This document shows, piece after piece, positions 21,055-30,869 of a stretch of 64,000 nt of DNA; position 1 is the first letter of the stretch, and every line of letters begins with the position of its first letter. Position numbers and translations under genes: made by a program. The stretch spans positions 1 to 64,000 of the forward strand of contig CAWFQL010000009.1 of NCBI GenBank assembly GCA_963817915.1. Reading direction: 5' to 3'. Source of the DNA: an uncultured candidate division Zixibacteria bacterium (lineage in GTDB: Bacteria; Zixibacteria; MSB-5A5; UBA10806). Under the pieces are notes generated by a model that ran no database searches, was not told where the DNA came from, and was given only the letters and a program-made list of their open reading frames with translations.

Positions 21055-21088
21055 AAATCATATTTCTGTACTGAAATATAAATACAAA

Positions 21089-21332
21089 GTAGGGGCGGGT
21101 TTCAAACCCGCCCCTACGATTTTCTTTTTGCGTGTCACAGTTTACTGTGACCGCATATTTCGGCGTTTGCGGTCAAAGCAAGCTTTGACACGCAAAGCAA
21201 TCCACCCGTAGGGGCCGACCCTCGCGTCGGCCCGAACAAAGCGGGCGAACATATGGGTTTGGTGCGCCGTCAGGAACCCTTTCCTGACGGTCAACCGTCG
21301 TAATGGGTCGGGAAGGGGTTCCCGACCCCGCT
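21089..21332. repeat. Composite REP array, copy 1 (21089-21259), plus a GTCAGGAA-family doublet (21262-21332)
   Basis: GTAGGGGCGGGTTTCAAACCCGCCCCTAC, a TGCGGTC-family doublet and GTAGGGGCCGACC..GTCGGCCC; the 171 bp are repeated at 23188. Confidence 0.9.
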
Positions 21333-21356
21333 CTCAACCCCAAATGCATAATAGTC

Positions 21357-21384
21357 TTGACATAACACGTTTATAATTTATATT
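21357..21384 (+). promoter_or_regulatory. Sigma70-type promoter of the inserted gene
   Basis: TTGACA-16-TATATT. Confidence 0.5.
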
Positions 21385-21460
21385 TATTTTGGTTCAAACG
21401 ATGTCTTGGAAAGCGGGGCATTTGATGCTATTGCGGAAACGTGATGGTAAAAGGGGGTTG

Positions 21461-23119
21461 ATGCTAGTTAGAAGAAAACTTATAATAGGTTTATATGTAG
21501 TCCTTTTAATTTTGTGGCCGAAGGCAGTTTATTCACAGTCTCCGATTTATGCTGAGGATAGCAGTTATGTTAAAATCGGGACTTATCAGATTCTTAAAGC
21601 TTTGGAAAAGGAGCCGCTGAATTCGAATGGTAGCCTTTTGGGCAAGGCAGGCGGTCATTTGGCTACTACGACTTGGGGGCCTGAAATTAGAATGACTTTT
21701 GGAGATTCCACAAGTTATATGCGCCAACCCCATACAGTTGCTATTTGCGGCGACACCATCTTCATGTCATATGGCTGTAGTGACTCATGGTCTGAATTAA
21801 CTCCCTATCTTATGAAAAGTACCGATAATGGCGATTCCTGGTCCAATGCCTGGCAGATTATGGGACCAGAAACGGCAAGAGAAATGGGTTCGACTTTCAT
21901 TAATTATTATCGGCACCGACTAAATATAGGCGGAAGAACTGATGAATTAGGAGATCATTATTTTTATAATATTTATACGAAAGTCAGTAGCGATTTAGGT
22001 TTTAATTGGACTAATCCCAGCATATGGCTAGACCCTGATCGGTTGCTTATTGGCCGGTGTACGGGAACATCTTGCCAAGATACTCTTCTGTTTGGATTCC
22101 ACGATGCAATAGATTATTTTGATAGGAATATTGATAGGCTTAGATCCATGTTCAGCACGAATAATGGTTTGACTTGGTCTACCATAAGAAGCGGACCATA
22201 TTATCATACGGAAGCTTATGACTTTTATTATCGATATAGCATGGGCAGGATACATCTTGTCTATCAAGAGGATTCACCTGACGATAACTTGCCGGAGATC
22301 TTTTACTGCCATAGTGAAGATTGGGGTCAGACATGGTCACAGATTTCCTTCGTTTCCGATGATTCCTGCCAGCCATCTCAGTGGCCTTATCTATTTGCTA
22401 CGCCTGATGGCAAATTGCTGGTTACCTGGTATGATTATAAATATGGTTATGGAGGCGGAGGATTTACCGGCGACATCCTTTACCGGGTAAGCCTCGATAA
22501 TGGCGAGACTTGGGGCGAAGAGATGCAGTTGACTGACAATCATCAAGCTACAGCATCGACTTCATTTATCGAGGGCGATCATATTGGCATAGTCTGGGAG
22601 GATTGCCGCACAGGATTTTTTCAGCCGGAACTCTATTATACGGAGTCTTTCGATTTCGGAGAGACTTGGAGTGACGAACTAAGATTGACTAATGCCCAGG
22701 GGATATCAGATATACCAAGATTATATTTAGGGGATAATAGGATATTTTTATTCTGGACTGATGCCCGAGATAATGACGATATGACGAGGGAGATATATTT
22801 CCGAAAAGCAGAAATTTACACAGATATTAAAGAAGATCAAGCTGTCATTCCTACCATGATAACGGTGAGTTGTTATCCTAACCCATTCAATTCGAGTGTC
22901 AAGATAACCGTCAATAATTATGAAGGAGGTGATGTTGAGATTAGAATTTATGATGTTGCCGGTCGCTTGGTTAAATCAATTGGGGTTCTAGATAAGGAGG
23001 GAAAAACAACCTGGGACGCCACTGACAACGTTGGACGAAGAGTATCTTCAGGGATCTACTTCGCGCAAGTTGAGACGCCCCAGGGTAAATCAACCACTAA
23101 GCTCTTGTTGCTAAGATAA
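21461..23119 (+). CDS. Exported BNR/Asp-box (sialidase-like fold) protein with T9SS/FlgD-type C-terminal domain
   Basis: Signal peptide; six S-x-D/N-x-G-x-x-W repeats; C-terminal CYPNPFN..IYDVAGRLV..SSGIYF..KLLLLR. Start chosen at ATG 21461 after AGGGGG. Confidence 0.82.
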   Translation: MLVRRKLIIGLYVVLLILWPKAVYSQSPIYAEDSSYVKIGTYQILKALEKEPLNSNGSLLGKAGGHLATTTWGPEIRMTFGDSTSYMRQPHTVAICGDTIFMSYGCSDSWSELTPYLMKSTDNGDSWSNAWQIMGPETAREMGSTFINYYRHRLNIGGRTDELGDHYFYNIYTKVSSDLGFNWTNPSIWLDPDRLLIGRCTGTSCQDTLLFGFHDAIDYFDRNIDRLRSMFSTNNGLTWSTIRSGPYYHTEAYDFYYRYSMGRIHLVYQEDSPDDNLPEIFYCHSEDWGQTWSQISFVSDDSCQPSQWPYLFATPDGKLLVTWYDYKYGYGGGGFTGDILYRVSLDNGETWGEEMQLTDNHQATASTSFIEGDHIGIVWEDCRTGFFQPELYYTESFDFGETWSDELRLTNAQGISDIPRLYLGDNRIFLFWTDARDNDDMTREIYFRKAEIYTDIKEDQAVIPTMITVSCYPNPFNSSVKITVNNYEGGDVEIRIYDVAGRLVKSIGVLDKEGKTTWDATDNVGRRVSSGIYFAQVETPQGKSTTKLLLLR

Positions 23120-23187
23120 TAAAATAAAAATCAGAATAGAACATTGAATATATATTTGAAAAAACGCCCATCAGTCACGAGTATTTC

Positions 23188-23530
23188 GTAGGGGCGGGTT
23201 TGAAACCCGCCCTTACGATTTTCTTTTTGCGTGTCACAGTTTACTGTGACCGCATATTTCTGCGTTTGCGGTCAAAGCAAGCTTTGACACGCAAAGCAAT
23301 CCGCCCGTAGGGGCCGACCCGCGCGTCGGCCCGAACAAAGCGGGCGAACACATGGGTTCGCCCCTACTGACGACAATTTGATGGTTGTATTTTTTCGTAG
23401 TCGTAGCCCAAAACCCCTGCGGTTTTGGGAACAAGCCCCCAAATCTCTTCGAGATTTTAAAGCGGTGTCAGGAATCCCTTCCTGACACCTTACGCGGGGG
23501 ACGGTCATGAAAGGATTCATGACCGCGCAC
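23188..23530. repeat. Composite REP array, copy 2 (23188-23367), plus further REP hairpins
   Basis: Direct repeat of 21089-21259 with 6 mismatches; GTAG-CCCAAAACC..GGTTTTGGG at 23403; GTCAGGAA/GTCATGAA doublet at 23461-23530. Confidence 0.9.
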
Positions 23531-23577
23531 GTGAATTGACGATGCAAAAAAGCCAAATAAATAATAAACCATATTTC

Positions 23578-23606
23578 TTGATTTAAGAGTTCTATAAGAT
23601 TATACT
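23578..23606 (+). promoter_or_regulatory. Sigma70-type promoter of xerC-hslVU (near-leaderless)
   Basis: TTGATT-17-TATACT, 10 bp before the ATG, with no RBS. Confidence 0.55.
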
Positions 23607-23616
23607 CTATTTAACT

Positions 23617-24541
23617 ATGTCGGAATGGGGCAATTATCTATCCAATTTTAAGGGTCATTTGGAGAGTGTCGAAGGGCTGGCGGCCAATACGGTTTTAGCC
23701 TATACTCGGGACTGCGAAGCATTCGTCAAATTTCTGCAGGCGGATAAATCCAATGGCGAAGAACCGGGAGTTATTTCGGTATCGCAGGGCAGGCTCTTCT
23801 TGATTTCACTCAAGAAAAAAGGGCTTAAGCAAGTATCGATCGCCCGCAAGATAGATTCATTGAAAAAATTCGGCGATTATCTGGTAGCATCGAAGAAATG
23901 GCCTTCAAATCCATTCAGGGATCTGCCTTATCCCAAGGCCGAGCATTACAGAGCTGAATATATGACGCCGGAGGAAGCCTTCGGCATGCTCTCCGCGGAA
24001 TTTCGAAGTAGCTTTATTGGAGTCCGAGATCGAGCGATGCTTGATCTATTTTATAGTGCCGGGCTTCGACTTTCGGAATTGGTGAGTATCGATATTAAGG
24101 ATATTCAATTTCGAGAACGGCATATTCGAATAATCGGCAAGGGGAGCAAATACCGCATCGTGCCATTGGGGCAAAAAACGGGAGTTGTGCTTCAAGAATA
24201 CCTGCGCAAACGCGCCGAAAAGCTATCATCGGAAAAACATGAACCAAAAGCCGGATCCGCCGTATTTATCAATGACCGCGGAAGCCGTCTGACTTCGAGA
24301 AGCGCCGCCAGAATCGTGAAAGGGTATTTGATTAAATCATCGGAAAAACAGAGACTTTCAACCCACAGCTTGAGACATTCATTCGCGACCCATCTGCTTG
24401 AAGCCGGTGCGAATCTTAAGGGCTGTTCAGGAGATGTTGGGCCATTCGAGTTTAAAGACAACTCAGAAATACGCTCACACAACAACCGGTCGGTTGATTT
24501 CAATTTATAGAAAGGCCCATCCAAGGGCGGAGAAGAGCTGA
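23617..24541 (+). CDS. xerC: Tyrosine recombinase XerC (+1 frameshift at ~24418)
   Basis: GLRLSEL, GKGSKYR and [12 protein letters not shown] motifs. Removing one base restores [28 protein letters not shown], including the catalytic Tyr, to a stop at 24541. Confidence 0.9.
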
Positions 24542-24543
24542 TT

Positions 24544-25086
24544 ATGGAAAATTTGATTTATAGATCGACAACTGTGCTTGCAATCGTGGATAAGGGCAAG
24601 GCCGCCATGGCCGCCGACGGTCAGGTGAGTGTCGGCGATACGATAATGAAAGCCAAGGCCACCAAGATTCGCAGGCTTTATAATAATTCCATTCTAACAG
24701 GTTTCGCCGGTTCCGCCGCCGATGCCTTGACATTATTCGAGAAATTTGAGACAAAGGTCGAGGAGTATTCCGGCAATCTTTCGCGGGCTGCGGTGGAGCT
24801 TGCCAAGGAATGGCGCATGGATAAATATCTCCGCAGGCTGGAAGCTTTACTGGCAGTAGTGGATAAAAAGCAGGCCTTGATGATATCGGGCAATGGCGAT
24901 GTAATCGAGCCGGACGATGGTATAATCGCTATCGGGTCAGGCGGGCCATATGCGTTAGCCGCTGCCAGAGCCTTGAAAAGCAATACGAAATTCAGTACGG
25001 AAGAAATCGCCCGCAAATCACTCGAGATTGCGGCTTCGATTTGTGTTTATACTAATAATGAGATAAATGTCGAGACATTGGAGTAA
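24544..25086 (+). CDS. hslV: HslV protease subunit
   Basis: [21 protein letters not shown] and AIGSGG motifs. Confidence 0.97.
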   Translation: MENLIYRSTTVLAIVDKGKAAMAADGQVSVGDTIMKAKATKIRRLYNNSILTGFAGSAADALTLFEKFETKVEEYSGNLSRAAVELAKEWRMDKYLRRLEALLAVVDKKQALMISGNGDVIEPDDGIIAIGSGGPYALAAARALKSNTKFSTEEIARKSLEIAASICVYTNNEINVETLE

Positions 25087-25099
25087 TCAGGAATATAAG

Positions 25100-26458
25100 A
25101 TGGAAAATAAAGAATATTTGACGCCCAAGCAGATTGTGGCGGAGCTTGATAAATATATAATCGGTCAGGATAACGCCAAACGAATGGTGGCGATTGCCAT
25201 GCGAAATCGCTGGCGTCGTCAGATGGTCGATGGGCCGTTGCGGGATGAAATAATGCCCAATAATATTATTATGATTGGTCCGACCGGTGTTGGAAAAACC
25301 GAAATTGCCAGACGACTGGCCAATCTCGCAGGTGCGCCATTCATAAAAGTCGAAGCATCGAAATATACCGAAGTTGGCTATGTTGGCCGCGATGTTGAAT
25401 CGATGGTGCGAGACCTTACCGATTTGTCGGTAAGCATGGTTAAGCGTGAGATGCAGGAAAGAGTAGAGGAAAAGGCTGAGGCGATTGCCGAAGAACGAGT
25501 GTTGGATTTGCTCTTGCCGTCGTCATCGAAAAAGAAAATATCGCAAAACAACGAGACCGAGGAGATGATCGATAAGAGCCTTGCGGCCAGAGAAAAACTT
25601 CGCGAACAGCTCCGCGCGGGAAAACTTGATAAGAGGTCTGTTGAAATAGATGTTTCGAACAATCGCTTTCCCATAGTCGAAATATTTTCGCCAATGGGCA
25701 TGGAAGAGCTCGGCGTCAATGTGCAGGAGATGTTTTCCGGAATGATGCCCAAGAAAACCAAGAAACGACGAGTGAATGTCCAGGAGGCATTGAAGTTTAT
25801 CGCGGCCGATGAAGCCAACAGGCTAATCGATATGGATGAAGTGATAGCCGAAGCTGTTGATAGGGTAGAAGAATCGGGCATGATCTTTGTCGATGAAATC
25901 GATAAGATTGCCGGCGAAAAATCATCCGCCGGACCAGACGTTTCCCGCGAGGGAGTTCAGCGAGATATTCTTCCAATAGTCGAAGGCACCAATGTGATGA
26001 CTAAATATGGCCTGGTAAGCACAGACCATATTCTGTTTCTCGCTGCCGGCGCATTTCATACGTCGAAGCCCTCGGATCTAATTCCAGAATTGCAGGGAAG
26101 ATTTCCAATTAGAGTTGAGCTTGATGCGTTAAAGGCCGGGGATTTTGTAAAGATATTGACAGAGCCGGAAAACGCGTTGATAAAACAATATACTGCGTTA
26201 CTCAAAACCGAGGGGCTGGAATTAACATTCGAGAAATCCGGTGTCGAGGAAATAGCCGATATGGCATTTGAAGTCAATTCTCGCAGTGAGAATATCGGCG
26301 CGCGCAGATTGCATACTATCATGACTAAGCTCCTTGAAGATTTATTATACGCAGCTCCTGACGTTGAATCAAAGAAGATAAAGATAAATCGAAAATACGT
26401 AAAAGACGCATTGAAAGAAATAGTCGAGAATAAGGATTTATCGAGGTACATATTGTAA
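25100..26458 (+). CDS. hslU: HslU ATPase subunit
   Basis: [24 protein letters not shown] and [10 protein letters not shown] motifs; C-terminal LSRYIL. Confidence 0.97.
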   Translation: MENKEYLTPKQIVAELDKYIIGQDNAKRMVAIAMRNRWRRQMVDGPLRDEIMPNNIIMIGPTGVGKTEIARRLANLAGAPFIKVEASKYTEVGYVGRDVESMVRDLTDLSVSMVKREMQERVEEKAEAIAEERVLDLLLPSSSKKKISQNNETEEMIDKSLAAREKLREQLRAGKLDKRSVEIDVSNNRFPIVEIFSPMGMEELGVNVQEMFSGMMPKKTKKRRVNVQEALKFIAADEANRLIDMDEVIAEAVDRVEESGMIFVDEIDKIAGEKSSAGPDVSREGVQRDILPIVEGTNVMTKYGLVSTDHILFLAAGAFHTSKPSDLIPELQGRFPIRVELDALKAGDFVKILTEPENALIKQYTALLKTEGLELTFEKSGVEEIADMAFEVNSRSENIGARRLHTIMTKLLEDLLYAAPDVESKKIKINRKYVKDALKEIVENKDLSRYIL

Positions 26459-26501
26459 TAGTGAAGATATTTGGCTTAAAAGATTAAAATAGGTGATGAT
26501 G

Positions 26502-27417
26502 ATGAAAAAAGATTTTTTGGCTATTACGGATTTTAACGAATCTGAAATACGAGAAACATTTCAAGCTGGCTGCAGACCTAAAAAAGAAAAAGGGCCAGGT
26601 TTTGGATGTTCTAAACGGTAAAGCGGTCGCATGCATTTTTCATAAGCCGTCGTTGCGAACAAGGATATCATTTGAAGTGGGAGTATATGAACTTGGCGGA
26701 TATTCACTTTATATTACCGATAATGAGATTCAACTGGGCAAGAGGGAATCAATTCATGACGTGGCCAAGGTTCTTTCGAGATTTGTAGGCATGATCGAGA
26801 TTCGAACATTCTCTCATGAGGATGTAATTCAATTGGCAAAGCACGCTGATGTTCCGGTTATCAATGGTTTGACAGATTTATCTCATCCATGCCAGATAAT
26901 GGGAGATATGCTTACGATTATCGAGCATAAGGGCAAGATAGATCATATGAAGATCGCTTACCTGGGCGATGGCAACAACGTCTGCAATTCGTGGCTCGAA
27001 GCGGCAATTCGGATTCCGCTCGATTTGCGAATCGGCACCAGAAAAGAGACTATGCCTGATGCCGGATTGCTTGAGCAGGCCAAGAAAGCGGGCCGTTCGA
27101 AAATAACTGTCACGGAAGACGCGAAAGAGGCGGCCCGAAACGCTGATGTAATCTATACCGATGTTTGGGCATCGATGGGTCAAAAAGATAAATATGAAAA
27201 ACAAGCGGAGCTTTTGAAAGATTACCAGATCAATTCGCATCTTTTATCGGGAGCCGATCACAATTGTATTGTGATGCACTGTCTTCCGGCCGAGCGGGGC
27301 CGCGAAATCACCGACGATGTTATCGATGGGCCGCATTCGGTGGTATTTGATGAAGCCGAAAATCGTTTGCATATTCAAAAGGCGATTATGGTTAAGCTCG
27401 CTCAATCGATGAAATAG
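26502..27417 (+). CDS. argF: Ornithine carbamoyltransferase (+1 frameshift at ~26560)
   Basis: An MKKDFLAITD start joins the KPSLRT/HPCQ/DVWASMG/HCLP/EAENR ORF if one T is removed from ACATTTCAAG. Confidence 0.9.
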
Positions 27418-27551
27418 TCATTTGAAGAATCGCTTTATTAAAATGGACTTATCCCTGCTCATAAACAATAATAATAGCATTTAGATATTGATTTTATAGG
27501 GGAAATATCTATTTTTGGCGGTAGAATGTCGATATATGGCGGAGGAAGATA

Positions 27552-28418
27552 ATGCCGAAAGTTCTTGAAAATATCCAAATGTCGCCCGTAGTCTGGAAAA
27601 TGCGAGTGGAGACGCCCAAGCTTGTCAAAAAAGCTCGTGCCGGACAGTTCATTATATTGAGGGTGAATGAACAGGGGGAACGAGTTCCCATGTCTATCGG
27701 CGGGCTTGATCGCGCCAATGGTGTACTGACCATCATATACCAGGTTGTCGGAAAGACATCTGCCTTGATGACGACTATTCCTGCCGGCGGTGAAATTCTC
27801 GATTGTGTCGGTCCATTGGGATTGCCGACTCATGTCGAAAATTGGCGGACAGCGGTTTTGGTAGGTGGTGGTATAGGCATCGCTCCAATATACCCGATCG
27901 CCCAGGCATGGAAGGAAGCTGGCAATAAGCTTTATACAATAGTCGGGGCGCGCACTAAGGATATACTTTTCTATGAAGAAGAACATAAGAAGGTGGCTGA
28001 TAAGCTATATGTTTGCACTGATGATGGTTCATATGGCAGAAAAGGTTTTGTTTCTGAAGCGTTGAAAGAGATTCTCGATTCCGGAGAAAAAGTCGGGATG
28101 ATTATGGCGATAGGGCCGGTTCCGATGATGAAAGTTGTCGCCAATCTGACCAGGCCATATAATGTGCCGACATTTGTGTCATTGAATCCACTTATGGTCG
28201 ATGGCACCGGAATGTGCGGCGGCTGCCGGGTGTCGGTGGGCAATACTACGAAATTCGCGTGTGTCGATGGCCCTGATTTTGATGGTCATCTGGTTGATTT
28301 CGATCTGCTTTCCAAGCGGTTATCTGCCTACAAAGAACAGGAGCGGTCATCATTTCATAAATTCGCGACATCACCAGAATGCAAGCTTTCGAATTCTGTG
28401 AAGGAAATGGCGAAATAG
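27552..28418 (+). CDS. nfnA: NfnA/SudB-type FAD/[2Fe-2S] subunit of electron-bifurcating transhydrogenase
   Basis: GQFIILR..GER.P, GGGIG and MVDGTGMCGGCR..FACVDGP motifs; paired with nfnB. Confidence 0.85.
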   Translation: MPKVLENIQMSPVVWKMRVETPKLVKKARAGQFIILRVNEQGERVPMSIGGLDRANGVLTIIYQVVGKTSALMTTIPAGGEILDCVGPLGLPTHVENWRTAVLVGGGIGIAPIYPIAQAWKEAGNKLYTIVGARTKDILFYEEEHKKVADKLYVCTDDGSYGRKGFVSEALKEILDSGEKVGMIMAIGPVPMMKVVANLTRPYNVPTFVSLNPLMVDGTGMCGGCRVSVGNTTKFACVDGPDFDGHLVDFDLLSKRLSAYKEQERSSFHKFATSPECKLSNSVKEMAK

Positions 28419-28489
28419 CATTTGAGAGACACTGAACAATAAATTTGAGTACATTAATATTTTGACAATAGATTCTTAAGGAGATCATT

Positions 28490-29926
28490 TTGGCAATCGA
28501 GAGGCTGGAAAAGAAAGATAGGATGAAAATCCCTCGCGCCGAGATGCCCGAGCAAAATCCTAAAGAGCGGATAACTAATTTTAAGGAAGTGCCGATTGGA
28601 CTTAGTGAAGATACAGCATTGATGGAAGCTGCACGATGTCTTGATTGCGCGAAGGCGCCATGTATCGCTGGATGTCCAGTCGAAGTTGATATCCCCGGTT
28701 TTATTTCATTGATACTCGAAAAAGATTACGCGGGCGCCGCGCGAAGAATTAAAAATACGAATTCTCTTCCTGCAGTTTGCGGACGAGTCTGTCCCCAGGA
28801 AGAACAATGCGAGATTGTATGTATATTAGGTAAGAAATTTAAGCCGGTCGCTATTGGATATCTTGAAAGATTCGTGGCTGATTACGAACGAGATAATAAT
28901 CTTGTGCAATTGCCGAAAATGGATCCGCCAACCGGAATGAAGGTTGCCATAGTCGGCTCAGGACCGGCAGGTCTCACAGTCGCGGGCGATCTTATCAAGC
29001 TTGGCCACGCGGTAACTATATTCGAAGCTTTGCATAAGCCGGGCGGAGTGCTTGTATACGGAATTCCCGAATTCAGGCTTCCTAAGAAAATAGTGCAGGC
29101 TGAATGCGATTGTCTGGCCGATATGGGTGTCGAATTCAGATCATCGACAGTGATAGGGAAAAGCGATACTATCGATGAATTATTCGAAATGGGATATGAT
29201 GTTATTTTTATTGGCACGGGTGCGGGACTGCCGAATTTTATGGGTATTCCCGGTGAAAATTTAATCGGAATTTATTCATCGAATGAATACCTTACCAGAT
29301 CAAATCTCATGAGGGCATTCGATTTTCCAACATACGATACGCCAATCATTCACGGCAAAAATGTCGCAGTGCTCGGTGGCGGTAATACAGCCATGGACTC
29401 TGTACGCACATCGCTAAGGCTGGGCGCCGAGAATGCTTATATTGTCTATCGCCGTTCAGAGGCTGAAATGCCTGCGAGAGCCGAGGAAATTCATCATGCC
29501 ATGCAGGAAGGCGTGCAATTCCATATGCTGACCAATCCGGTTAAATTTATCGGAGACGATCAGGGCAAAGTGGTCGCGATGGAATGTTTGAAAATGCAAT
29601 TAGGCGAACCGGATGCATCCGGCAGACGTCGTCCAATACCGATCGAAGGTTCAAATTTTACGCTGAATGTCGATTTAGTCGTGGTGGCCATAGGCAATTC
29701 ATCGAACCCATTGATTCCGCAGACAACTCCCGGGCTCGATACCAATCGTTGGGGGAATATCACGGTCAATGAGGCGACTATGCAGACATCGCGTGAAGGA
29801 GTCTACGCTGGCGGCGATATCGTGACTGGCGGTGCGACAGTAATCTTGGCCGCGGGCGCAGGGAAAAAGGCTGCCAAAGCCATGCATCAATTTCTGATGG
29901 CTAAAAAAGAAAAGAAAACTAACTAA
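28490..29926 (+). CDS. nfnB: NfnB/SudA (GltD-like) NADPH-dependent flavo-Fe-S subunit
   Basis: RCLDC..PC..GCP, CGRVCPQEEQCE, GSGPAGL, YGIPEFRLP, GGGNTAMD and GGDIVTG motifs; no GltB nearby. Confidence 0.85.
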   Translation: MAIERLEKKDRMKIPRAEMPEQNPKERITNFKEVPIGLSEDTALMEAARCLDCAKAPCIAGCPVEVDIPGFISLILEKDYAGAARRIKNTNSLPAVCGRVCPQEEQCEIVCILGKKFKPVAIGYLERFVADYERDNNLVQLPKMDPPTGMKVAIVGSGPAGLTVAGDLIKLGHAVTIFEALHKPGGVLVYGIPEFRLPKKIVQAECDCLADMGVEFRSSTVIGKSDTIDELFEMGYDVIFIGTGAGLPNFMGIPGENLIGIYSSNEYLTRSNLMRAFDFPTYDTPIIHGKNVAVLGGGNTAMDSVRTSLRLGAENAYIVYRRSEAEMPARAEEIHHAMQEGVQFHMLTNPVKFIGDDQGKVVAMECLKMQLGEPDASGRRRPIPIEGSNFTLNVDLVVVAIGNSSNPLIPQTTPGLDTNRWGNITVNEATMQTSREGVYAGGDIVTGGATVILAAGAGKKAAKAMHQFLMAKKEKKTN

Positions 29927-29948
29927 GAATTATATTGATTTATCTAGT

Positions 29949-29975
29949 GGGAAGCCTGTCTGGCTTCCCTTTTTT
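29949..29975 (+). terminator. Rho-independent terminator
   Basis: GGGAAGCC-N5-GGCTTCCC followed by TTTTTT. Confidence 0.85.
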
Positions 29976-30009
29976 ATTCTCGTATGATAGTCCAATTGAA
30001 TGGAGACGT

Positions 30010-30183
30010 CCGGTCGTAGTCCGGCAAAACCTGATTCAAAATCAGGGTTTTGCCGGGCGTGAACTGGTTGGTGACATAATAATTATAGAGACCGGTAATG
30101 AATATCGCGGCAAAACAGTATTTTGATGAATGCCGCAACAGACCAGTTCACGCCCCGACATTTCATGTCGGGACTACGACCGG
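30010..30183. repeat. REPIN/MITE-like inverted doublet
   Basis: CCGGTCGTAGTCC[hairpin]GGGCGTGAACTGGT ... ACCAGTTCACGCCC[hairpin]GGACTACGACCGG, with GTAG at each hairpin foot. Confidence 0.8.
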
Positions 30184-30225
30184 GCTGAGCATCGAAAATC
30201 TATTTATTCTGATTATCGTAAAAGC

Positions 30226-30254
30226 TTGAAACTATCGGAACACATGTATATATT
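30226..30254 (+). promoter_or_regulatory. Sigma70-type promoter of cobO-trxB-lipA
   Basis: TTGAAA-17-TATATT. Confidence 0.5.
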
Positions 30255-30289
30255 AATAATGTTTAGAGGACGTTAAGCGAGTGAATTGA

Positions 30290-30856
30290 ATGGAAGATGA
30301 AAATAAAGAGATAAAACCGGACTTTAGCGATCGAGGGCTGGTAATTGTCTATACCGGCGATGGCAAAGGCAAGACTACCGCCGCTCTCGGCCTATGTGTT
30401 CGTGCGGTAGGCTATAATGAAAAAGTATGTATTGTCCAGTTTATAAAGGGCAGCTGGAAATACGGCGAACTTGATGGTATAAAAAAACTTGCCCCAAATG
30501 TAGAGCTTTATCAAAAGGGATTGGGATTCGTAGGGATTATCGATGACAAACTATACCGTGGCGAGCATGTTAAGGCGGCCCAGGAAGCGTTGGATTTTTC
30601 ACGGGAAATGATATTGTCCGGAAAATATGATATAGTTATTCTCGATGAGATCAATGTTGCTCTGAAACTTGAATTAATTAAAGTAGACGATATTTTAGAG
30701 CTCATAAAAATCAAACCTGAACTTATGGACCTGGTTCTCACCGGTCGGAATGCTCACGAAAAAATAATCGAAATGGCTGATTTGGTTACCGAAATGCGCG
30801 AAATAAAACATCCCTATCAAAAAGGGATAATGGCGCAACGAGGAATAGATTTTTGA
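30290..30856 (+). CDS. cobO: Cob(I)alamin adenosyltransferase CobO/BtuR
   Basis: YTGDGKGKTTAALG, VQFIKG, LDE, LTGR and KHPY..GIDF motifs. Confidence 0.93.
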   Translation: MEDENKEIKPDFSDRGLVIVYTGDGKGKTTAALGLCVRAVGYNEKVCIVQFIKGSWKYGELDGIKKLAPNVELYQKGLGFVGIIDDKLYRGEHVKAAQEALDFSREMILSGKYDIVILDEINVALKLELIKVDDILELIKIKPELMDLVLTGRNAHEKIIEMADLVTEMREIKHPYQKGIMAQRGIDF

Positions 30857-30869
30857 AGGAGATTAGTTG

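Noticed and set aside
12177..23530. Palindromic repeats as a CRISPR array
   Set aside because: There are no regularly spaced identical repeats with unique spacers and no cas genes; the repeats are mixed families in inverted doublets.
12766..23556. Short ORFs over repeat regions (12766-12984, 12855-13055, 23234-23434, 23272-23556; likewise 29935-30126)
   Set aside because: They translate palindromic repeat DNA and have no coding hallmarks.
21089..24541. Integron (tyrosine recombinase next to a cassette-like gene)
   Set aside because: The recombinase is XerC-sized, lacks the IntI-specific insertion and sits in the xerC-hslVU context. No attC cores were recognised.
26602..27417. SLRT motif suggesting an acetyl- or succinyl-ornithine transcarbamylase
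   Set aside because: The DxxxSMG ornithine-binding loop is intact, which favours ordinary ArgF.
28490..29926. Glutamate synthase
   Set aside because: There is no large subunit; pairing with the upstream FAD/[2Fe-2S] gene matches NfnAB/SudAB.
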